From: Caldisericaceae bacterium
GTDB lineage: Bacteria; Caldisericota; Caldisericia; Caldisericales; Caldisericaceae
NCBI GenBank assembly: GCA_049967855.1
Contig: JBMFRX010000007.1
Span: 1-62,054 of the forward strand
DNA: 62,054 nucleotides
Reading direction: 5' to 3'
Below are positions 56,783-62,054 of this stretch, piece by piece. A program made the position numbers and the translations under genes. The notes under the pieces were generated by a model. It ran no database searches, was not told the origin of the DNA, and saw only the letters and a list, made by a program, of their open reading frames with translations. Within the stretch, counting starts at the first letter, position 1, and each line of letters begins with the position of its first letter.

Positions 56783-57793
56783 TCATTCGTTAATTTCGAT
56801 TTTATTTTCTATTCTATGTCTTTCTATTGCAACCTTTAATATGTCGTTAATTAGTTCTTCATAGGTTTTTCCCATAAGTCTATAAATTCTTGGGAAGTCA
56901 GAATGTTCAGGGTCAAGCCCAGGCAGGGGATTGACTTCAAGGACAAATGGATTGCCTTCTTTATCGACTCGCAGATCAAAACGTGCTATATCCTGGTTTC
57001 TAAGCGCAACAAATGCGTCATAACAAATCTTTTTGATTTTTGAAAGAACAACTTCTGAGAATCTTGCTGGGAGAAAGTAGTTAGCCCGCGAAGAATAATC
57101 GACTTTGAATTTGTATGTCTGGATGCCTCCCGCAGATGCTTTTAACTCGCGACTTGACAAAGCTGAAAAGTCTATTTCCATAGGCAGTAAAACAACGGGT
57201 GGAAAGTTACCAATAACACCAACGGTCACTTCTGAACCTGCGACAAACTCTTCTACAAGAACAGGTCTCTTTAATTTCTCAAATTCTTTCAGCACGTCTT
57301 CTCTAAGTTGGTCTTCTGTATGGCATACGGATTTTGAGGTTATTCCTATACTTGAGCCTTCATAAATTGGTTTTACAATAACAGGAAACTGTAAGTTGCC
57401 AATTGAGATACTGTCGTAAGGTCTTATAACTTTAAAATCAGGTGTTGGCACATTTGCATGTTTCAATATCTCTTTTGTCATAACTTTATCCATTGAAATC
57501 GCAAGTGATAGCACTGACGAGCCAGAATAAGGAATCTTCAATTCGTCGAGAATTGCAGGAACAAAAGCCTCCCTGTAAGGACCATTTCGCCCTTCTCCGA
57601 TATTCATAACAAACTGAGGCCTGTCAAGTGCAAGTGAATAAAAAAGCAGGGGTGAACTTGCCTCGTACAGTTTAACCTTATGTCCTCGGGACTCAAGAGA
57701 CTTCTTTATAGCGTCAATCGTTTCAGGCCAATCGAATTCGGCCTCTTTATCAGATGAGCTTCTTCTAAGATTGTAAGTTATGCCAATTTTCAT
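56783..57793 (-). CDS. D-Ala-D-Ala ligase-like ATP-grasp enzyme (non-canonical subfamily)
   Basis: IPYSGS, DK..TK, VKP..EGSS.GI, EEFV.G.E.TVG, R.D.R, LEVNPLPG; NIGEG replaces the canonical LHG..GEDG. Confidence 0.8.
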   Translation of the reverse strand: MKIGITYNLRRSSSDKEAEFDWPETIDAIKKSLESRGHKVKLYEASSPLLFYSLALDRPQFVMNIGEGRNGPYREAFVPAILDELKIPYSGSSVLSLAISMDKVMTKEILKHANVPTPDFKVIRPYDSISIGNLQFPVIVKPIYEGSSIGITSKSVCHTEDQLREDVLKEFEKLKRPVLVEEFVAGSEVTVGVIGNFPPVVLLPMEIDFSALSSRELKASAGGIQTYKFKVDYSSRANYFLPARFSEVVLSKIKKICYDAFVALRNQDIARFDLRVDKEGNPFVLEVNPLPGLDPEHSDFPRIYRLMGKTYEELINDILKVAIERHRIENKIEINE

Positions 57794-57909
57794 ATAGTGT
57801 ACCTCTTCTTAATTCTATCAATAATTATTTCGCTGTCAAATAGCTTTCATAATTTAATCACAATTTGATGGTAGAATTGAGCTAACTCTTTTCACTTAGG
57901 AGGTGAAAA

Positions 57910-58407
57910 ATGAAGAAATTTGTTTGGCTAATTGTTGGAGTTTTGGTTGTTGGAGTTGCTCTCGGAGGCGTGGGTATTGCCTACGCAGCAAATGGTAGTT
58001 CTGCAACGTCAAGTAGCGGAATTGGGAATCTTTTAAGAAATGCGTTTGGACGCGGAATTCGAGTAGGTATGAATGTATCCCTTGACGCAGATATTGCAAA
58101 TTTTATTGGGATTACTGTTGACCAACTTAAGACGGAAAGAGAATCAGGAAAGTCTCTTGCTGCAATTGCAACTGAACATGGAAAAACTGAAGAAGCTCTT
58201 ATACAGTTTATAGTTACAAAAGAAACAGCGAATCTTGATACTCTCCTCAAAGATGGTAAAATCACTCAAACTAAATATGACACAATGGTTGCAAATCTTT
58301 CAACCAGAGTAAAAGATATGGTTGAACGAACTGAAACAGGTAAACCAGGATTTGCTGGTAGGGGTAAGTTTGGTAGACGTCCTTCAAATCCTCCTAACAA
58401 TCCATAA
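57910..58407 (+). CDS. Hypothetical exported helical protein
   Basis: AGGAGG SD; signal peptide ending AYA; A..IG.T..QL.....GKSLA.IA...G and L..DGKIT motifs. Confidence 0.75.
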   Translation: MKKFVWLIVGVLVVGVALGGVGIAYAANGSSATSSSGIGNLLRNAFGRGIRVGMNVSLDADIANFIGITVDQLKTERESGKSLAAIATEHGKTEEALIQFIVTKETANLDTLLKDGKITQTKYDTMVANLSTRVKDMVERTETGKPGFAGRGKFGRRPSNPPNNP

Positions 58408-58435
58408 GCCCTCGCTTGCGCTCTTTTAAAATATT

Positions 58436-58460
58436 AATGCCCCTCCTGACGAGGGGCATT
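58436..58460. terminator. Bidirectional terminator-like hairpin
   Basis: AATGCCCCTC-CTGAC-GAGGGGCATT between convergent genes. Confidence 0.8.
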
Positions 58461-58485
58461 TCTGATGAGAAAGCGTTTTGTTTTT

Positions 58486-59070
58486 TTAAATTTTTTGTAG
58501 AAGTTGTGCTGTTTTGATTGCAAGAGCAGATTTTATTAAGTCTCCGGCCACAAACGGAATAAAACCGATTGATAAGAGATTCAAGAAACTAATTTGATTT
58601 CCGCTTACTATATTACTCCAAAAAGCAAGCTGCAGAAGTCCAAAAACGTATATTATTAAGTTTGCAGCCATTATTATAGCTGTTAGCAACAATAGGTTGT
58701 TTTTGGATTTGCTTGTGAAGTATCCTGTTACCATAGAAGCGATAATGAATCCAATAAGGTATCCTCCCGTAGGCCCCACAAGAATCTGTATGCCAGCAGT
58801 GTTGGATGCAAACCAGGGTATCCCAACCAATCCAAGTGCAACGTAGATTGCCTGTGATAAGCCACCCCAAACCCCCATAACAATACCAGAAAGTATAACC
58901 GCAAATGTCTGAAGTGACATAGGAACAGGTGTCCACGGTAGATAAATTTTGATTTGAGCCGAAAGCCCTGTGAGCATAGCAAACCCAACCGCAAGTAAGA
59001 TTTTCTCAACGAGAGATAGTTGATCTCTCCAGTTCGATAGTTTACTTCGTTCTAAAATATTTTCTTGCAT
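58486..59070 (-). CDS. bioY: Biotin ECF transporter S component
   Basis: AQI....PVP..LQT..V...G, Y...G..G.P.F, GPTGGYL.GF, PF..GD..K. Confidence 0.93.
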   Translation of the reverse strand: MQENILERSKLSNWRDQLSLVEKILLAVGFAMLTGLSAQIKIYLPWTPVPMSLQTFAVILSGIVMGVWGGLSQAIYVALGLVGIPWFASNTAGIQILVGPTGGYLIGFIIASMVTGYFTSKSKNNLLLLTAIIMAANLIIYVFGLLQLAFWSNIVSGNQISFLNLLSIGFIPFVAGDLIKSALAIKTAQLLQKI

Positions 59071-59107
59071 AACCGCCTCCCATAGAAATATGAAAAAATA
59101 CGCATAA

Positions 59108-59136
59108 ATTTTATCAGAATTTGATTAGGATGTCAA
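59108..59136 (-). promoter_or_regulatory. Consensus sigma70 promoter of bioY
   Basis: On the minus strand: TTGACA-N17-TAAAAT with an extended -10 TG. Confidence 0.75.
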
Positions 59137-59359
59137 GACCTGAGTCTATTTAATTAATAATGCTGTTTTTGAAGGCTTTATGTCACTTTATTGTCTAACC
59201 GAAAAAGAGTGCATTCTTTGAGTATCGAAAGATAGTAATCTCGAAAGCGTGCTTTGAAGCAGAGAACTCCGTGCTATTTGCGATACTTAACGTAAACAGC
59301 AAAGCTTACGTTATTACTGATACTTTTAGACTTCTTATGCATACGGAAGCAATTACTGT

Positions 59360-59554
59360 TTAATGCTGATTATCTCCAGGTTTGAAAGTCAATCTTTCTT
59401 TAAATTCTTGCTTCTTTCCCAGATTGTACTGTGAAACGGGGCGCAGGAACCCGACAACACGTGAATAAACTTCTGCCCTCTGCCTTTTATCTTTTGGGAT
59501 GATTGTTCCGTCTTCAAGTACTAAGTTGCCTTCTTCATCTTCTTTGAAGTTCAT
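59360..59554 (-). CDS. Stand-alone glycyl-radical domain of class III RNR (NrdDb-like)
   Basis: EVYSRVVGFLRPVSQYNLGKKQEF.ER is the NrdD C-terminal radical motif (Gly35); own GGAGG SD. Confidence 0.9.
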   Translation of the reverse strand: MNFKEDEEGNLVLEDGTIIPKDKRQRAEVYSRVVGFLRPVSQYNLGKKQEFKERLTFKPGDNQH

Positions 59555-59565
59555 TTCTTGCCTCC

Positions 59566-60189
59566 CTATTCAAATCTTGATATATTATATTCATTAAAGA
59601 TATTTGGGCAAATAGCGCTGACCTCGCTAAACATAATCCTCGCAAGGCCCCTTATTTCCCATTGAGCGTGCTCGTCAAGTCTCAACTTGAAGAAGTGCAT
59701 TAATTCCCTGGCATTTGCCGTTGCAACCATTTTTGTTTCAGTTGCATTTGGCAATACGAAACGAGCATCTTCCGCTGGTATTTTTAGTTCAAGAAGTTTT
59801 TTATAAGCTTGCTCGATCAATCTAACAGTTTCATCAAAGATTGCCGAAGCCTCAGAATTTTCTTGAATCGAAGGGGGTAATATGTAATCGATCCCCTTAT
59901 ATTTGACATAGCGCTGACTCTGCTGGGTAAATGAGAAAAATCTGTGCCTTACAAACTGGTGAGAGCAACTCCTCGAGATACCTTCCACAGCAAAAGTGAA
60001 AGAGACGTGTTCGAATACAGAGAAATGGCCAAGACTCATTGCAAGTTCTATTAACCTTTTCACTTCACTTTGGTCGAGGTTCAAGCTTCTAACCCCGCCT
60101 GCAAAACGTGACTGCCTCATCGCTATTGCAACCACATTTTCTGGTTCTGGAGTGTAAGCTAATATTTTAACATAAGTTTCAGATTGCAT
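59566..60189 (-). CDS. thyX: FAD-dependent thymidylate synthase
   Basis: GH.S.FEH, GISR..SHQ.VRHR..S..Q.SQRY, EDAR.VLP, N.REL.HF..LR...AQWEIR. Confidence 0.96.
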   Translation of the reverse strand: MQSETYVKILAYTPEPENVVAIAMRQSRFAGGVRSLNLDQSEVKRLIELAMSLGHFSVFEHVSFTFAVEGISRSCSHQFVRHRFFSFTQQSQRYVKYKGIDYILPPSIQENSEASAIFDETVRLIEQAYKKLLELKIPAEDARFVLPNATETKMVATANARELMHFFKLRLDEHAQWEIRGLARIMFSEVSAICPNIFNEYNISRFE

Positions 60190-60196
60190 CGTTTCC

Positions 60197-62054
60197 CTAC
60201 AAATTTATTATGAACTTTGGCTTTTCGTTTTCGGAAGCTTCAGCGCGGGTTGCTTTGTTTGCAAGTTCCTCATCGCAGTATGGGCAAAACTCGTGTTCTC
60301 CTGCAATATAACCATGCTTTGGACAAATTGAGAAGGTTGGTGTAAGTGTGATATAGGGAAGCTTGAAATTCTCAATAATCTTTCTCACAAAGACCTTTGC
60401 GTACTGACTGTTGGTGAGGCGTTCTCCAAGGAAGAAGTGAAGTACTGTTCCTCCAGTATACAAGGACTGAATGTCATTTTGTAAACTTGCTGCCTCAAAT
60501 GGGTCATCTGTGTAGTTCACAGGAAGCTGAGATGAATTAGTGTAATATGGATTATCGTTAGATCCTGCTGTGATGATGTCAGGGTATGCTTTCTTGTCTT
60601 TCAAAGCCAGCGAATAAGATGTGGACTCAGCAGGAGTTGCTTCAAGGTTAAACATATGCCCGGTTTCCTCCTGGTATTTTGTCAAACGTTCACGCATAAA
60701 ATTCATCACTCTTATTGCGAAATCTATACCTTGTTGAGTTGTCATATTTTCCCCAAGGAAATTTGCAAGGGCTTCATTCATTCCGATAATGCCAATTGTT
60801 GAAAAATGGTTGTCCCAGTAGTTGCCAGTTGTATTCTTGACAGAATCAAGATATATCCTCGAATAAGGATAAAGTCCCATTTCTGTGAATTGTTCGACAG
60901 TTTTCCTTTTTGATTCGAGGGCATCTCTTGAAGAATCCATAATGTTGGCAAGCGTTGCAAAAAACTCTTCTTCACTCTTTGAAAGATAACCTATGCGAGG
61001 TAAATTAATTGTAATAACCCCAACACTTCCCGTTAACGGGTTTGCACCAAATAAACCCCCACCTTTATTTTTGAGTTTCCGCACGTCGAGTTTGAGCCTA
61101 CAACACATTGATCTCGCATCATCGGGACTCAAATCAGAATTTACGTAATTGGAGAAATATGGAATTCCAAATTTAGCCGTTGCCTCCCAGGCAGGTTCCA
61201 ATTCTTTCGAGTCCCAGGGGAAGTTTTTGTCAACATTAAGAGTAGGTATTGGAAAAGTAAATGGTCTGCCGTGGCCGTCTCCTTCAATCATTGTTTCCCA
61301 GAAAGCCCTATTAATCATATTCATTTCTTCTTGGAACTCACCGTACTTATCGCTCTGTTCAATTCCTCCAATAACAACATTCTTATTCCTGAGTAAGGGG
61401 TGCGGAGTAATATCAAGCGTAATATTTGAAAACGGAGATTGTCCTCCTGTTCTCATTGTTTGATTCATATTGTAAACGAATTCCTGGACTTGCTGCTTAA
61501 CTTCTTTATAAGGAAGCTTATCGTATCTTACAAAAGGAGCAAGAAGTGTATCAAAAGAAGAAAAAGCTACTGCACCCGCCGCCTCATTCTGTAGAGTAAA
61601 GAGAAAATTCATCATCTGTCCAAGGATGGCTGATAGGTGCCTTGCTGGACTTGAGTATGGTTTGCCTGGAACACCACCGAACCCTCTTTTTATTAGGTCT
61701 TCGAGGTCCCACCCGACACAATAGGCTCCTAGGAAAGAAAGATTATGGATGTGTATCCAACCGTCTCTGTGAAGGTCGGATGCACTTTTGGGATAGACTT
61801 TTTCCAGCCAGTATATTTCCTCTGCCTTGCCTGAAATGTATGATTTGAGTCCTTGGATTGAATAGTCAATGTTTGCGTTTTCATGAACTTCCCAGGTACC
61901 TTGAGAAAGGTATTCCTCCAGCAATTCTGGAGTAATATGAGTTTTCAGCTCTCTAAGTTCTCGCCTTTTTTCTCTATAAATTATGAAAGATTTGGCAGTC
62001 TCGTAAAAGCCTTTTCTCATTAATACCTGCTCTATTTTATTCTGGAAGACTTCA
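60197..62054 (-). CDS. nrdD: Class III anaerobic ribonucleotide reductase catalytic chain; 5' end (ATP cone) cut by the window edge; lacks the glycyl-radical tail
   Basis: Frame open to the window edge (EVFQNKIEQVLM...AKSFIIYR); YCVGW, LQNE.AGA, FTFPIPT, SMCCRL, NLEATPAE, YTNS, YTGGT, CPKHG..CPYC; stops about 25 aa later. Confidence 0.93.
   Translation of the reverse strand, partial: EVFQNKIEQVLMRKGFYETAKSFIIYREKRRELRELKTHITPELLEEYLSQGTWEVHENANIDYSIQGLKSYISGKAEEIYWLEKVYPKSASDLHRDGWIHIHNLSFLGAYCVGWDLEDLIKRGFGGVPGKPYSSPARHLSAILGQMMNFLFTLQNEAAGAVAFSSFDTLLAPFVRYDKLPYKEVKQQVQEFVYNMNQTMRTGGQSPFSNITLDITPHPLLRNKNVVIGGIEQSDKYGEFQEEMNMINRAFWETMIEGDGHGRPFTFPIPTLNVDKNFPWDSKELEPAWEATAKFGIPYFSNYVNSDLSPDDARSMCCRLKLDVRKLKNKGGGLFGANPLTGSVGVITINLPRIGYLSKSEEEFFATLANIMDSSRDALESKRKTVEQFTEMGLYPYSRIYLDSVKNTTGNYWDNHFSTIGIIGMNEALANFLGENMTTQQGIDFAIRVMNFMRERLTKYQEETGHMFNLEATPAESTSYSLALKDKKAYPDIITAGSNDNPYYTNSSQLPVNYTDDPFEAASLQNDIQSLYTGGTVLHFFLGERLTNSQYAKVFVRKIIENFKLPYITLTPTFSICPKHGYIAGEHEFCPYCDEELANKATRAEASENEKPKFIINL

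Noticed and set aside
59071..59210. BirA operator upstream of bioY
   Set aside because: TTGTCTAACC near 59191 resembles a half-site, but there is no matching inverted half at the expected spacing.
60197..60260. nrdD as a truncated pseudogene
   Set aside because: The missing radical domain is present intact at 59360-59554 and all catalytic motifs are retained.
1..62054. tRNA, rRNA, tmRNA, SRP or RNase P RNA genes; transposases; selenoprotein UGA read-through
   Set aside because: No T-loop/CCA cloverleaf, SRP or RNase P consensus, or transposase motifs were seen by eye. The redox enzymes here use Cys codons.

Overview
This is the replication-origin region of an AT-rich anaerobic bacterium. 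Gene content (Cu-amine-oxidase-N stalk, SLH and GerMN surface proteins, WtpA, 2-oxoacid:ferredoxin oxidoreductase, class III RNR, ThyX) is consistent with a Caldiserica-like lineage, but that assignment is inference only. The core is dnaA-oriC-dnaN-recF-dciA, followed on the same strand by rpmH-rnpA-yidD-yidC-jag-mnmE-panG/B/C/D-tldD/E-pfk-DUF4388-MglA-like GTPase and a BMP-family nucleoside ABC transporter. Left of the origin are a riboswitch-controlled tungstate/molybdate ABC transporter, a GerMN/amidohydrolase/divergent DnaB/CinA-N operon, pth-mfd-mazG, nrdG, a large HD-GYP protein, an atypical parAB, uvrA and korAB. The right end holds bioY and a split class III ribonucleotide reductase with thyX between its two parts. 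The most interesting signals are: a P3-less (Tuco-type) Moco riboswitch; the split NrdD; a full-length DnaB paralogue with remodelled motifs; a ParB carrying a palindrome inside its own gene; two GC-rich mosaic clusters of GTCATT/ATGAC palindromic repeats; a pseudo-phosphatase-MazG fusion; a PFK with a broken Mg-binding motif; and an MglA-like GTPase without MglB. I saw no tRNA, rRNA, CRISPR array, transposase or prophage. All calls come from motif reading by eye; no searches were run.
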